Shown here one piece after another: positions 47,609-57,382 of a stretch of DNA of 64,000 bases. The position numbers and the translations under genes are program-made. The stretch spans positions 116,975 to 180,974 of the forward strand of contig CAIMDB010000035.1 of assembly GCA_903839675.1 (NCBI GenBank), given 5' to 3'. Each line of letters begins with the position of its first letter. Within the stretch, counting starts at the first letter, position 1. The notes below the pieces were generated by a model. It saw only the letters and a list, made by a program, of their open reading frames with translations, did no database searches and had not been told where the DNA came from. The stretch is from an uncultured Sphingomonadales bacterium (GTDB lineage Bacteria > Pseudomonadota > Alphaproteobacteria > Sphingomonadales > Sphingomonadaceae).

Positions 47609-50011
47609 TTAATCCGCCTGCATGGCGGCACGCGCCAGCGTCTCCGCTTCAAACAAAATCTGGTCGTCCGCCGCCCCTTGCGCAACGCTTTCCCGCCCGA
47701 TGATCGCCATCACAGGCACCGCCAGCGGGCTAATGCGCGTGAGCTTGCGATGGACCATGGTTTGCGTGGCGCGGTCGAGCAGCGCGCCTAGTCGCCCGAC
47801 ATCGGTCATCCGCGTCCGCGCATCGGCCCAAGCCGCCTCAATCAAAAGATGGTCAGGCTGATACTTGCGCAGAACGTCATAAATGAGGTCGGTGGAGAAC
47901 GTCACCTGCCGCCCCGTCTTGCGCTTGCCGGGGATCTGCCGTTCGACCAGCCCGCCAATGACAGCGACCTCGCGGAAGGCGCGTTTCAGCAGTGCGGAGT
48001 TCTCCACCCAGTCTATAAACTCATCGGTCATGATATCGCGCGACAGGAAGTCTTGCGGGTGCTCGACCGGCTCAAGGCTCCAGATGGCAAAGCTATAATC
48101 GTTGGCGACAAAGCCGATGGGATGCAGCCCGCGCGCCTCCATCCGCCGCGTGATGAGCATCGCGAGGGACTGGTGCGCATTCCACCCTTCAAAGCTGTAG
48201 ATGACCAGATAGTGCATCTCTTCATGCGGGAAGGTTTCGACGAGCAGATCGTCCGGTGATGGAATAGAGGAGACGCGCGCCTGCGTTTCCAGCCATTCGC
48301 GCACGTCCGCCGGAAAACGCGCCCAGCTTTTCCGGTCATGGAGGAACTGCCGCACGCGCTCCGCCAGATGCGTTGTGAGCGGCATCCGCGCGCCCATATA
48401 GCTTGGGATGCGCGCCTTTTTGGTCGTGGCCCGTACGATCAGATCGGTGCCATCGGTGCGTTCAACCTCAAGGCTCATGCCCGAAAAGGCAAAGGTATCG
48501 CCCGGCATCAGGCTGGCGGCGAAATACTCATCCAGCTGCCCAAGGCGTCGCCCGTTCTTGAACCGCACGTCCAGCATGGGCGTGTCGACGATGATCCCGG
48601 CATTGAGCCGATGCTGCGCGATGAACTGCGGATGCGTCACACGCCACAGGCCGTCCTTGCCTTTGGTCAGGCGGCGGAACCGGTCATAGGCGCGCAGCGC
48701 ATAACCGCCTGTTGCAATGAAATCGAGCAGGCGGGCGAACATCTCGGGCGACAGGTCCGCATATTGGTGCGCGCTGCGGATTTCATCGAGCAACTGCGCC
48801 TCGTCAAACGCATCGGCGCAGGCGCAGGCCATGATGTGTTGGGCAAGGACATCAAGGCCGCCCGCCCGGAAGGGCTCGCCATCCAGCACGCCTTCTTGGA
48901 TAGCATCATAAGCGGCGAGCGCCTCGAGATATTCAAAGCGGTTGCCGGGCACGAGGATCGCCTCGGACGGCTCATCCAGCCGGTGGTTGGCGCGGCCGAT
49001 GCGCTGGAGCAAGCGTGACGAGCCTTTGGGCGCGCCCATTTGGATCACGCAATCGACATTGCCCCAGTCCACCCCCAGATCGAGGCTGGCGGTCGCCACC
49101 AATGCGCGGATGCGGCCATCCGCCATCGCATTTTCTACCTTGCGCCGCGCCTCGATATCGAGGCTGCCATGGTGGATGCCGATGGGGAGTTTCAGTTCGT
49201 TGGCGTTCCATAGTTCCTGAAAGATGAGTTCGCACAGGCCACGCGTGTTGCAGAACACGATGGTCGTCTGGTGCGTCTCGATCTCGGCCATCACCTGCGG
49301 CGTCGCATAGGCCCCCGAGTGGCCCGCCCAGGGCACGCGGCCTTCCGGCAGCAGAATGGCGAGATCGGGCGGCGCGCCGGGATCACCCAGCACAAGCCGG
49401 ACATCCCCGCCGGTAGGCGCCAGCCAGGCGCGATACTCATCAGGGTCCGCGACGGTCGCGGATAGCGCCGCCCGCCGCATCTGCCGGGCGATGGCCTGCA
49501 GCCTTGAGAGCGAGAGGTTCAGCAAATCCCCACGCTTCGTCGTCGCAAAGGCGTGGATCTCATCAATTACGATCCGCTTCAGCCCGGCGAACATCTGGAA
49601 ACTGTCGGGGTAGGACAACAACAGGCTCAGGCTCTCCGGTGTCGTCAGCAAGATGTGCGGCGGCTTTGCCCGCTGCCGCGCCTTGCGGTCGGACGGCGTG
49701 TCGCCCGTGCGCGTCTCGACCCTGATGTCGAGGTCCATTTCCTCAATCGGCTTCAACAGGTTGCGCCGCACATCGACCGCGAGCGCCTTGAGCGGCGAGA
49801 TATAGAGCGTGTGCAGGCCATCCATCGGATGCTCGATCAGATCAGCCAGCGTCGCCAAAAACCCAGCCAGCGTCTTGCCCGCCCCCGTAGGTGCCACGAG
49901 CAGCGCATGCTCGCCTGCCCGCGCCGCGTCCAGCATCTCCAACTGATAGCGGCGCGGCTGCCAGCCACGGCCTTCAAACCAGTTCTGCAAAAGGGGCGGA
50001 AGCGATGTCAC
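47609..50011 (-). CDS. Ligase-associated DNA-damage-response DEXH-box helicase (Lhr-core)
   Basis: APTGAGKT, TTPESL, IDEIH, SLDLGVDW, QRIGRANH, DVLAQH. Confidence 0.88.
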   Translation of the reverse strand: MTSLPPLLQNWFEGRGWQPRRYQLEMLDAARAGEHALLVAPTGAGKTLAGFLATLADLIEHPMDGLHTLYISPLKALAVDVRRNLLKPIEEMDLDIRVETRTGDTPSDRKARQRAKPPHILLTTPESLSLLLSYPDSFQMFAGLKRIVIDEIHAFATTKRGDLLNLSLSRLQAIARQMRRAALSATVADPDEYRAWLAPTGGDVRLVLGDPGAPPDLAILLPEGRVPWAGHSGAYATPQVMAEIETHQTTIVFCNTRGLCELIFQELWNANELKLPIGIHHGSLDIEARRKVENAMADGRIRALVATASLDLGVDWGNVDCVIQMGAPKGSSRLLQRIGRANHRLDEPSEAILVPGNRFEYLEALAAYDAIQEGVLDGEPFRAGGLDVLAQHIMACACADAFDEAQLLDEIRSAHQYADLSPEMFARLLDFIATGGYALRAYDRFRRLTKGKDGLWRVTHPQFIAQHRLNAGIIVDTPMLDVRFKNGRRLGQLDEYFAASLMPGDTFAFSGMSLEVERTDGTDLIVRATTKKARIPSYMGARMPLTTHLAERVRQFLHDRKSWARFPADVREWLETQARVSSIPSPDDLLVETFPHEEMHYLVIYSFEGWNAHQSLAMLITRRMEARGLHPIGFVANDYSFAIWSLEPVEHPQDFLSRDIMTDEFIDWVENSALLKRAFREVAVIGGLVERQIPGKRKTGRQVTFSTDLIYDVLRKYQPDHLLIEAAWADARTRMTDVGRLGALLDRATQTMVHRKLTRISPLAVPVMAIIGRESVAQGAADDQILFEAETLARAAMQAD

Positions 50012-50111
50012 GCCTCCCTATGCACGCATTCCGCACGCCTGTTCCACACAGATCTCACCTTATCGGAAAACGAAGGTGTGCAGCGCGACCCCGGTTAGCC
50101 CATCACGCATG

Positions 50112-50201
50112 CCGTTTACCCTGAGCTTGTCGAAGGGCTGTTCTTTTCTTCACACTGATGTGCACAGAAGGACAGTGCTTCGACAAGCTCAGCACAAACG
50201 G
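50112..50201. repeat. REP-like palindromic repeat, same family as 5657-5772
   Basis: ccgtttaccctgagcttgtcgaag ... cttcgacaagctcagcacaaacgg. Confidence 0.82.
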
Positions 50202-50230
50202 AGAGGGGGCGCGCAGGTGAAGAGCTCCCC

Positions 50231-51616
50231 TTAATGCCCCAAGCCCTCGCTTCGTCCCACCCCTGACGCTGCCAGCTGCGCATCGATCTGCGGGAGGAGC
50301 CGGTCCAGCCCCGCCTGATCTCTCGCCTCGGCGCGCGCGACGAGTTCCGGCCCAGTGTTAGACGCGCGGAGCAGCCACCAGCCGTCTGGCGTCGTGACCC
50401 GAGCGCCGTCGGTGCGGTTGACGTCTGCGCCTTGCGCTTCCAGCCGGGCGAGCACGTCCTCAATCACGGCAAACTTGCGGCTTTCAGCGACCGGAAAGCG
50501 CAGTTCGGGAGTGGAGATCAGGACGGGCATGGCAGATTTGAGCGCGGTCAATGATCCGCCGAGTGCGTCGACGGCCTCAATCAACCGGACGGCGGCATAG
50601 ATGCCATCGTCAAATCCATACCAGCGGTGCTTGAAGAAGATGTGGCCGGTCATTTCCCCGCCAATCGGGGCGCCGACCTCCTTCATCTTGGCTTTCATAT
50701 GGCTGTGGCCGGTCTTCCACATGAAGGGCGCACCGCCGAGCGCCGCCACACGTTCAAACAGGGCCTGACTGGCCTTCACATCAGCGATGACGATACTGCC
50801 GGGGAGGTCTGCGAGCACAGGCTCGACCAAAATGGACAAAAGCTGATCGCCCCAGACAATGCGGCCTTGGCCGTCAATGGCGCCGATCCGGTCGGCATCC
50901 CCATCAAAAGCCAGTCCGAAATCGAGCTTCTTCTCCGCGACAAGCGCCCGAAGATCGGCGAGGTTTTTCTCAACCGTGGGGTCCGGGTGATGATTGGGGA
51001 AAGTGCCGTCAATGTCCGCAAAGAGGAGATGATGTTCGCCCGGCAGGCGCTTGACGAGCGCGGAGATCACATCGCCGCCCGCGCCATTTCCCACATCCCA
51101 CGCGATGCGGAAGGTGCCGCCGCGAAAGTCCTCGACCAAACGGTCCACATATTGGTCCAGAATGTCATGGTCGCGGACCGACCCCGCCCCGACCTCCCAG
51201 TCGCCCGTCGCCGCGAGTTCGGCGAGCCGCTTTATGTCCGCCCCGTAAAACGGCGCATGGGCCTGCACCATCTTGAAGCCGTTGTGATCGGCGGGATTGT
51301 GGCTGCCGGTTATCTGGATGCCGCCATCAACACCCTGCAATACGGCCTCAGCATAATAGAGCATGGGCGTTGGCCCTAGGCCGATACGCACGACATCGGC
51401 GCCACTCTCGGTCAATCCCCGGACCAGCGCCCCCTCAAGCATGGGGGACGACAGACGCCCGTCATTGCCGACAGCGACGGTCTTTCCGCCTGCGCGCCTA
51501 AGGAGCGTCGCAAAGCTGCGACCAATGGCCCAGGCGTCAACTTCAGTCAGCGTGCTGCCAACGACGCCGCGAATGTCATATTCGCGCAGGGCCGTGGCGT
51601 TAAAGTGATGCGACAT
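50231..51616 (-). CDS. Phosphomannomutase/phosphoglucomutase
   Basis: REYDIRG, ITGSHNP, FDGDADR, GGEMTGH, LLRASNT. Confidence 0.93.
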   Translation of the reverse strand: MSHHFNATALREYDIRGVVGSTLTEVDAWAIGRSFATLLRRAGGKTVAVGNDGRLSSPMLEGALVRGLTESGADVVRIGLGPTPMLYYAEAVLQGVDGGIQITGSHNPADHNGFKMVQAHAPFYGADIKRLAELAATGDWEVGAGSVRDHDILDQYVDRLVEDFRGGTFRIAWDVGNGAGGDVISALVKRLPGEHHLLFADIDGTFPNHHPDPTVEKNLADLRALVAEKKLDFGLAFDGDADRIGAIDGQGRIVWGDQLLSILVEPVLADLPGSIVIADVKASQALFERVAALGGAPFMWKTGHSHMKAKMKEVGAPIGGEMTGHIFFKHRWYGFDDGIYAAVRLIEAVDALGGSLTALKSAMPVLISTPELRFPVAESRKFAVIEDVLARLEAQGADVNRTDGARVTTPDGWWLLRASNTGPELVARAEARDQAGLDRLLPQIDAQLAASGVGRSEGLGH

Positions 51617-51638
51617 CAGCGATGCCAAGCAGCGGCGA

Positions 51639-51899
51639 TCAGCCGGCCAAACGCTTCAAAAGGACATCGCGTGCTTGGTTGACGCGCGCCGCAAGGTCCG
51701 AACTGCCGCCCGCGTCCGGATGCACCTTTGCAATCAGTCGCTTGTGCGCTTCCAGAATGGCGTCCGCATCCGCATCCGGCGCGATGCCGAGCAGCTTGGC
51801 CGCCTCATTGGGAGAGATGCTCCCGCTGGGCTGAAGCGCGCCCTTAGCGATCCAGATGATGATGCCGATGACGGCAACAAAGAGAAGAAACTTGATCAT
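51639..51899 (-). CDS. Small membrane-anchored J-domain protein
   Basis: N-terminal TM helix, HKRLIAKVHPDAGGS (HPD), VNQARDVL. Confidence 0.85.
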   Translation of the reverse strand: MIKFLLFVAVIGIIIWIAKGALQPSGSISPNEAAKLLGIAPDADADAILEAHKRLIAKVHPDAGGSSDLAARVNQARDVLLKRLAG

Positions 51900-52696
51900 G
51901 CGAGCGCCAGTTCGCGCTGTGCCGCATCAAGGGTGGGCAGAGCGAAGGCGGAAATCATCTCCCGCAGTTCCTGCCGCGCCGCGACATGGCTGACCGAAAA
52001 GCCGCCCAAATCGCCCTTGTCGAGCAAGGTCAGGCCTTTGGGGAAGAGTTCGCGGTAAATAACGCGTTCGCTGAGGCCCGGCACCGTGCGGAAGCCGACG
52101 CGCTTCGAAAGCTCACCCAGAGCCGCGCCCACGCGGCGCATATTGTGCGCATCCAGATGTTGCAGCCGGTTGCGCAGAATAACCCAGTCAACCGTTGTAT
52201 TGTCCGCCTGCGCCCGCACCTTGCGCAAATCCCAGATCAGCTCAGCGTAGAAGCTAGGCTTCTTCACCTTGAAGGTTTCGGCGTCGACTTGGCCGATCAG
52301 GTCGAGATCGACAAAGCTGTCGTTGATGGGCGTCACAATCGTGTCCGCGCGCGCAATGGCGGCGCGGGCGACAGGATCGTCGCGGCCCGGCGTATCGATG
52401 ATCACGAAATCCTGACCGAAACCCATGCGCGCAATTTCCTGATCAATACCAGCTTCGGTCATCAGGCTGAGCACGGAATATTTGGGCATGGCGAGCGCCA
52501 CATTGCGGCGACGCATCGTCCCCTCGCGATTCTCTAGGTAGCGCGCGAGCGTCTTTTGACGCGTATCGAGGTCGATTGCCGCGACCTTATGCCCGGAAAC
52601 CGCAAGCGCGACCGCCGTATGCACAGCCGTCGTTGACTTGCCGGAACCGCCTTTTTCATTGGCGAATACGATGATGTGCGGTTTGCCCCCGGACAT
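51896..52696 (-). CDS. mipZ: Division plane positioning ATPase MipZ
   Basis: ANEKGGSGKST, DLDTRQ, IDTPG, TPINDSFVDLD, ERVIYRELFP; divergent from panC. Confidence 0.9.
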   Translation of the reverse strand: MSGGKPHIIVFANEKGGSGKSTTAVHTAVALAVSGHKVAAIDLDTRQKTLARYLENREGTMRRRNVALAMPKYSVLSLMTEAGIDQEIARMGFGQDFVIIDTPGRDDPVARAAIARADTIVTPINDSFVDLDLIGQVDAETFKVKKPSFYAELIWDLRKVRAQADNTTVDWVILRNRLQHLDAHNMRRVGAALGELSKRVGFRTVPGLSERVIYRELFPKGLTLLDKGDLGGFSVSHVAARQELREMISAFALPTLDAAQRELALA

Positions 52697-52782
52697 AGGT
52701 TACTCATTTCCTTCCTTGATTCGCCTAGCCCTACATCGCTAGACGCGGCGTCCTTCTTTTCTCTAACCGTGCAGGTGAATAG

Positions 52783-53637
52783 GTGCAAACCATCGATCGC
52801 AAAGCAGTGCTTTCGGACGCGCTCAAGGCGTTCCGCGATGCCGGCGAAACGGTGGCCCTCGTCCCCACAATGGGCGCCCTCCATGACGGGCATATGGCAT
52901 TGGTGGAAGAGGCGCGCCGCCGCGCCGACCGTGTCGTCGTCTCCATCTTCGTCAACCCCACGCAATTTGGCCCCAATGAAGACTTTGACGCTTATCCGCG
53001 CCGTATGGAGGCGGATTCGGCCAAATTGTCGGCGGCCAATGTCGATCTGCTCTGGGCGCCGACGGTCGGCGAAATGTATCCTGAAGGCTTTGCGACGACG
53101 ATCTCGGTCGCATCTCTTCCTGACCGGCTCTGCGGCGCGGCCCGGCCCGGCCATTTCGACGGCGTCTCAACCGTTGTCGCCAAGCTGTTCAATCAGGTGC
53201 AGCCTGACATTGCGATCTTCGGGGAAAAGGACTGGCAGCAACTCGCCATTATCCGGCGCATGTCGACAGACCTTGATCTCGGCGTAGACGTCGTCGGCTT
53301 TCCAACCCAGCGTGAGGATGACGGCCTCGCCCGCTCCTCCAGAAATGCGTATCTGACCGAGGAAGAACGCGCCGCCGCCGTCGCTTTGCCGCGTGCATTG
53401 GGCTCTGCTGCCCGTTTTATCGAAAATGGCACCTCCATTTCGGAGGCGATTGAAACCGTCCACGCGACCCTCACCAAGGCCGGCTTTGCGCCTGCCGACT
53501 ATGTCGAGTTAGTAGACGCCGTCACCCTGCAACCTCTTGAAAAGCTTGATCGACCTGCCCGCATCTTGGCGGCCGCGCGCTTGGGCAAGGCCCGGCTGAT
53601 CGACAATCTTCCAGTCCTCCCCAGCGACGCAGGCTGA
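52783..53637 (+). CDS. panC: Pantoate--beta-alanine ligase
   Basis: VPTMGALHDGH, SIFVNPTQF, RPGHFDGV, FGEKDWQQ, SSRNAYL, RLIDN. Confidence 0.97.
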   Translation: MQTIDRKAVLSDALKAFRDAGETVALVPTMGALHDGHMALVEEARRRADRVVVSIFVNPTQFGPNEDFDAYPRRMEADSAKLSAANVDLLWAPTVGEMYPEGFATTISVASLPDRLCGAARPGHFDGVSTVVAKLFNQVQPDIAIFGEKDWQQLAIIRRMSTDLDLGVDVVGFPTQREDDGLARSSRNAYLTEEERAAAVALPRALGSAARFIENGTSISEAIETVHATLTKAGFAPADYVELVDAVTLQPLEKLDRPARILAAARLGKARLIDNLPVLPSDAG

Positions 53638-53734
53638 AACCTTCCGTAAAAAAACCCAAGCCCGCGTTAACTATTTTTTTAAGCCATATTGGCGAGAACC
53701 CTTCCTGTAGTTGGGAACACAGGGGGTTACGAAC

Positions 53735-54031
53735 ATGGCAAATAGCTTCAGAAACGCGCAGTTTCTCTTAGAAACACGACTCGCCGATGCCGCACAGGGC
53801 AATCCAGACGCCTGCTTTGAATTGGGCGTTGCCTATTCATCCGGAATGGATGGTGTCGATGTCGACCTGATCCAGGCGCATAAATGGTTCAATCTGGGCG
53901 CCATGTCGGGCGATGAACGCAGCCAGCAATGCCGGGCCGACATTGCCTTTGAAATGACAGCCCGTGAAATTTCCGAAGCCCAGCGTCAGGCGCGGGCCTG
54001 GCTGATGGAAACCACCCGTCGCGCGGCTTAA
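53735..54031 (+). CDS. Small SEL1-like repeat protein
   Basis: ACFELGVAYSSG...DLIQAHKWFNLGA...MTAREISEAQRQAR. Confidence 0.82.
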   Translation: MANSFRNAQFLLETRLADAAQGNPDACFELGVAYSSGMDGVDVDLIQAHKWFNLGAMSGDERSQQCRADIAFEMTAREISEAQRQARAWLMETTRRAA

Positions 54032-55179
54032 CCCGATTTCCTGAACGGCGTCACCTCGCCAAGGAAGGCAATCTCGTTTTCCACGGCGCGACGTTCGCGG
54101 TCCAGAAAGTCGGACACAGCGGCCCGAAAGCCTGCATCCGGGATGTAATGGGCCGACCATGTCGGCGTCGCGACATAACCGCGGGCAAGCTTATGCTCCC
54201 CTTGCGCGCCCGCCTCGACGCGGGACAGGCCCAGTTCAATCGCCGTCTCGATCGCGCGATAATAGCAAAGTTCAAAGTGCAGGAACGGCACATCTACCGT
54301 GCACCCCCAATAGCGCCCATAAAGCGCCTCGCTGCCCAGAAAATTAAGCGCCCCTGCAATCGGCTTGCCATCCACTTCCGCTAAGTAGAGCAGGATCTCA
54401 TCGCGCATCGTTTCTCCGATGATCGAGAAGAAGTCGCGCTCCAGATAGGGCCGCCCCCATTTGCGCGCGCCGGTATCCTGATAGAAATGCCAGAACGCGT
54501 CCCAATGGCGCTCCTCAATCTCACCGCCCTTAAGCGACCTTATCGTAACATTCTCCTGTGCTGCCGCGCGTTCCTTGCGGATCGCCTTGCGCTTGCGGGA
54601 TGAAAGCGCGCCAAGAAAGTCGTCAAAGCTTTCATAGCCATTGTTGAACCAGTGATATTGGATGCCTTCGCGCAGCAGCCAGCCCGCATCCTTGAAGAAG
54701 GGCAGCTGCGCCTCTTCAACAAAGGTCGCATGGGCCGAAGATAGTCCGTTGCGTTCGGTGATCGCCTCTGCCGCCGCGATCAGATGGTGCGTGGCGGCCA
54801 TATCCTGTGAGAGGAGGCGCGGGCCCGGAACTGGCGTAAACGGTGCTGCGATCTGAAGCTTGGGGTAATATCGCCCCCCGGCGCGCTGCCAGGCATCGGC
54901 CCAGCTGTGGTCGAACACATATTCACCCTGGCTATGGCCCTTCACATAGGCAGGCATGGCGCCAGCCGTCTTCCCGTCCGCATCTTCAACGAGAATCGGC
55001 GCCGGTTGCCAGCCTGTCCCGGCCCCTACGCTGCCCGATGTCTCCAGCGCTGCCAGAAAAGCATGGCCGACAAAGGGATTGCCGCGACCGGCACAGGCGT
55101 CCCAATCCGCAGCCGGAATATCCAACACGCCCGCGGCGACCTTCGCGATGATGCCTCCCCCGCGTGTCGGGTCGGTCAT
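54028..55179 (-). CDS. GNAT-family N-acetyltransferase (FemAB-like/DUF482)
   Basis: HSQGEYVFDHSWADA, YYPKLQIAAPFTP, LYGRYWG, EAGAQGEHK. Confidence 0.9.
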   Translation of the reverse strand: MTDPTRGGGIIAKVAAGVLDIPAADWDACAGRGNPFVGHAFLAALETSGSVGAGTGWQPAPILVEDADGKTAGAMPAYVKGHSQGEYVFDHSWADAWQRAGGRYYPKLQIAAPFTPVPGPRLLSQDMAATHHLIAAAEAITERNGLSSAHATFVEEAQLPFFKDAGWLLREGIQYHWFNNGYESFDDFLGALSSRKRKAIRKERAAAQENVTIRSLKGGEIEERHWDAFWHFYQDTGARKWGRPYLERDFFSIIGETMRDEILLYLAEVDGKPIAGALNFLGSEALYGRYWGCTVDVPFLHFELCYYRAIETAIELGLSRVEAGAQGEHKLARGYVATPTWSAHYIPDAGFRAAVSDFLDRERRAVENEIAFLGEVTPFRKSG

Positions 55180-55955
55180 GCAGGGGGCTTTTCAAAGATG
55201 ATTTCATCGGCGTAGCGCGCCGCGACCGCTTCCTGCTCGGGCGTGCGGACCGTCCAAGTCAGGACCGGCAGACCGCGCTTGCGCTGCCCCCCGGCAAAGC
55301 GAGAGGGGAAGTCACTAACGTCATACGCCAGAAAGTCCGGCTTTGCGCGCCACAGGCCAATCTGGCGCTCCACCGCCTGCCGCCCCTTGTCTGGCAGAGC
55401 GGACGCTTCCTGCTCGGTAATCACCATGCCACGCACGATGCGGGGGGCATGTTCATGGAACCAGCGGCCGACATCCGGATGGAAGGACATAACCGCAACC
55501 GGGCCGTTATACCCCTCTAGCGCGCGCCGCACAGCCAGACACAGGACACCGACCGGCCCTTTTTCGATCTTAACTTCAATGAGGATGGGCGCCCGTCCGG
55601 CGACGAGGTCCAAAATATCCGACAGACGCGGGATCGTCTCGTCGCAGCCTTTTAGGCGGATCTTTTCGAGCTCAACCCCACGCAGCGCAGCGAAGGATCC
55701 GGTTGCGTCGGCCAGTCGGTCCAGTTCGCTGTCGTGAAAGACAAATGCCTCGCCCTCACGGCTCGCCTGCACGTCGAGTTCGATGCCAAAGCCCCCGTCA
55801 ACGGCAGCCGTAAACGCCGCGCGGCTATTTTCCAGAACGCCCGGCCCATGCAGCCCGCGATGGGCAAAGGGGCGCGCGCGCAGAAACGCAACACGCGCGG
55901 CCTCCGGCGCAGGGGAGATCAGATTGTCAAGCGGGCCGAACAGCGACAACAGCAT
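55176..55955 (-). CDS. Glycerophosphodiester phosphodiesterase family protein
   Basis: FAHRGLH...ENSRAAF, IELDVQ, FHD, ILIEVK, TWTVRT. Confidence 0.88.
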   Translation of the reverse strand: MLLSLFGPLDNLISPAPEAARVAFLRARPFAHRGLHGPGVLENSRAAFTAAVDGGFGIELDVQASREGEAFVFHDSELDRLADATGSFAALRGVELEKIRLKGCDETIPRLSDILDLVAGRAPILIEVKIEKGPVGVLCLAVRRALEGYNGPVAVMSFHPDVGRWFHEHAPRIVRGMVITEQEASALPDKGRQAVERQIGLWRAKPDFLAYDVSDFPSRFAGGQRKRGLPVLTWTVRTPEQEAVAARYADEIIFEKPPA

Positions 55956-56448
55956 CCACCTCCACAGCGGCCCCGCGCGGCAACACCGGCACACCGACGG
56001 CAGAGCGGGCGTGGCGACCATCTTCACCAAACACGTCGATCATCAGGTTCGATGCGCCATTGGCGACCGAGGGCTGATCGGTGAAACGGGCATCCGAATT
56101 GATAAACACATTCAGCTTCACGATCCGCGCCACGCGGTCGAGCGACCCGAGCGCGGCCTGCATCTGCGCGATCAGCATGATGCCGCATGCACGGGCTGCT
56201 GCCTGACCATAGGCCAAGTCGCGGTCTTCGCCGATGCGGCCGACCATGATCTCGCTTTTGTCGAAGGGAAGTTGACCCGAGATGTGAAGCAGACCGTTCA
56301 CTTCAACAGTCGGCACATAGGCCGCAATCGGAGCCGCCGGTTCAGGCAACGTGATGCCAAGGTTGGCGAGGCGCTGGGCAGGTGTTTCCACAATCGTAGC
56401 TTTCTTTTCCGGATTGACCGTTTTGAGCGGGGTGAGATCATGCGCCAT
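55927..56448 (-). CDS. RidA/YjgF-like family protein
   Basis: AAYVP, ISGQLP, VANGAS, GRHARSAVGV..LP. Confidence 0.88.
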   Translation of the reverse strand: MAHDLTPLKTVNPEKKATIVETPAQRLANLGITLPEPAAPIAAYVPTVEVNGLLHISGQLPFDKSEIMVGRIGEDRDLAYGQAAARACGIMLIAQMQAALGSLDRVARIVKLNVFINSDARFTDQPSVANGASNLMIDVFGEDGRHARSAVGVPVLPRGAAVEVDAVVAVRPA

Positions 56449-57067
56449 GGGCGGCACCTCCTTCGAAGCGTTCAAGTATCCACTGACGTGCGCTGGCCCA
56501 ATCGTCAATGCGCGCATGCGCATCGTGGTGCGGCTTGATGCGCGGCTGGAGGCGGGGTTCGCCGACCATGTGGAGCCGCCAGACGTCGGGGGCGTGTTCG
56601 GCAACTGAGCTATGGTTGTGGCCCAGATCGTCAACGAACACCGTCACACTAGGATTATACTGCGCGACCAAACGGGTGAGCAGCGGCCCCTTCCCGCCCT
56701 GGTTGGTGTAAACGGGGAACTCCACGCCCACCTCTCGCAGCTGGTGGATGCGGCCCTCGCGCTCCTCGTCATTGAGGTTGGTGAGCACGATGACGTCCGC
56801 CACCTTGGCGATGTCGTGGATCGCCTCTAGCGCGCCGTCGATTGGGTATTGCCGGTGCATTTCTGTCGCAAAAAAGCCGCGCAGCAGCGGCCAGATTTCT
56901 TCATGGCCGAGCGCAAGACCTGTGGCCTTGTGGCGAAGCGCATTGACGAAATCGCCGCTGTCGACATTAAAGTGAATGTGATGCGCCTCGTCCAGCCATT
57001 CGGCGAAGGGGACGACCATGTGCAACAGCACTTCATCACAGTCGGTAATCAAAAGCGGACGGCTCAT
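56438..57067 (-). CDS. HAD-superfamily hydrolase
   Basis: LLITDCDEVL (DxD), ILTN, GGKG, VFVDD. Confidence 0.8.
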   Translation of the reverse strand: MSRPLLITDCDEVLLHMVVPFAEWLDEAHHIHFNVDSGDFVNALRHKATGLALGHEEIWPLLRGFFATEMHRQYPIDGALEAIHDIAKVADVIVLTNLNDEEREGRIHQLREVGVEFPVYTNQGGKGPLLTRLVAQYNPSVTVFVDDLGHNHSSVAEHAPDVWRLHMVGEPRLQPRIKPHHDAHARIDDWASARQWILERFEGGAAHGA

Positions 57068-57336
57068 GCCCAATTTTCTTTCGGTTCGGGAAGGAGCAGT
57101 TCGGGCTTCACGCCCAGTGCGTCGGCACAGGCGAGGAGATCGGGCTGATGGCCTTCAAGGAAGAGGCGGATGGCTTCATGCATATCGGGATCGGCAAGGC
57201 GCGAGCGCAGATCATCTGGCTCTAGCCCGGTCAGGGAGAGGAACCGCTGCGCGCGGCTATCTTCGCCCAACACCCAGACAAGCGCCTGGATGGCCAGCGT
57301 GCTTAACTCTTGTTCATTTGTTTCACGCCGACGCAT
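57064..57336 (-). CDS. DUF3572 family protein
   Basis: AIQALVWV...RFLSLTGLEPDDLR...HQPDLLACA; divergent from divK. Confidence 0.85.
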   Translation of the reverse strand: MRRRETNEQELSTLAIQALVWVLGEDSRAQRFLSLTGLEPDDLRSRLADPDMHEAIRLFLEGHQPDLLACADALGVKPELLLPEPKENWA

Positions 57337-57382
57337 GCGTTACCAATAAGCCCATAAAATAAGATTTGTGCGAGAATGTGCG

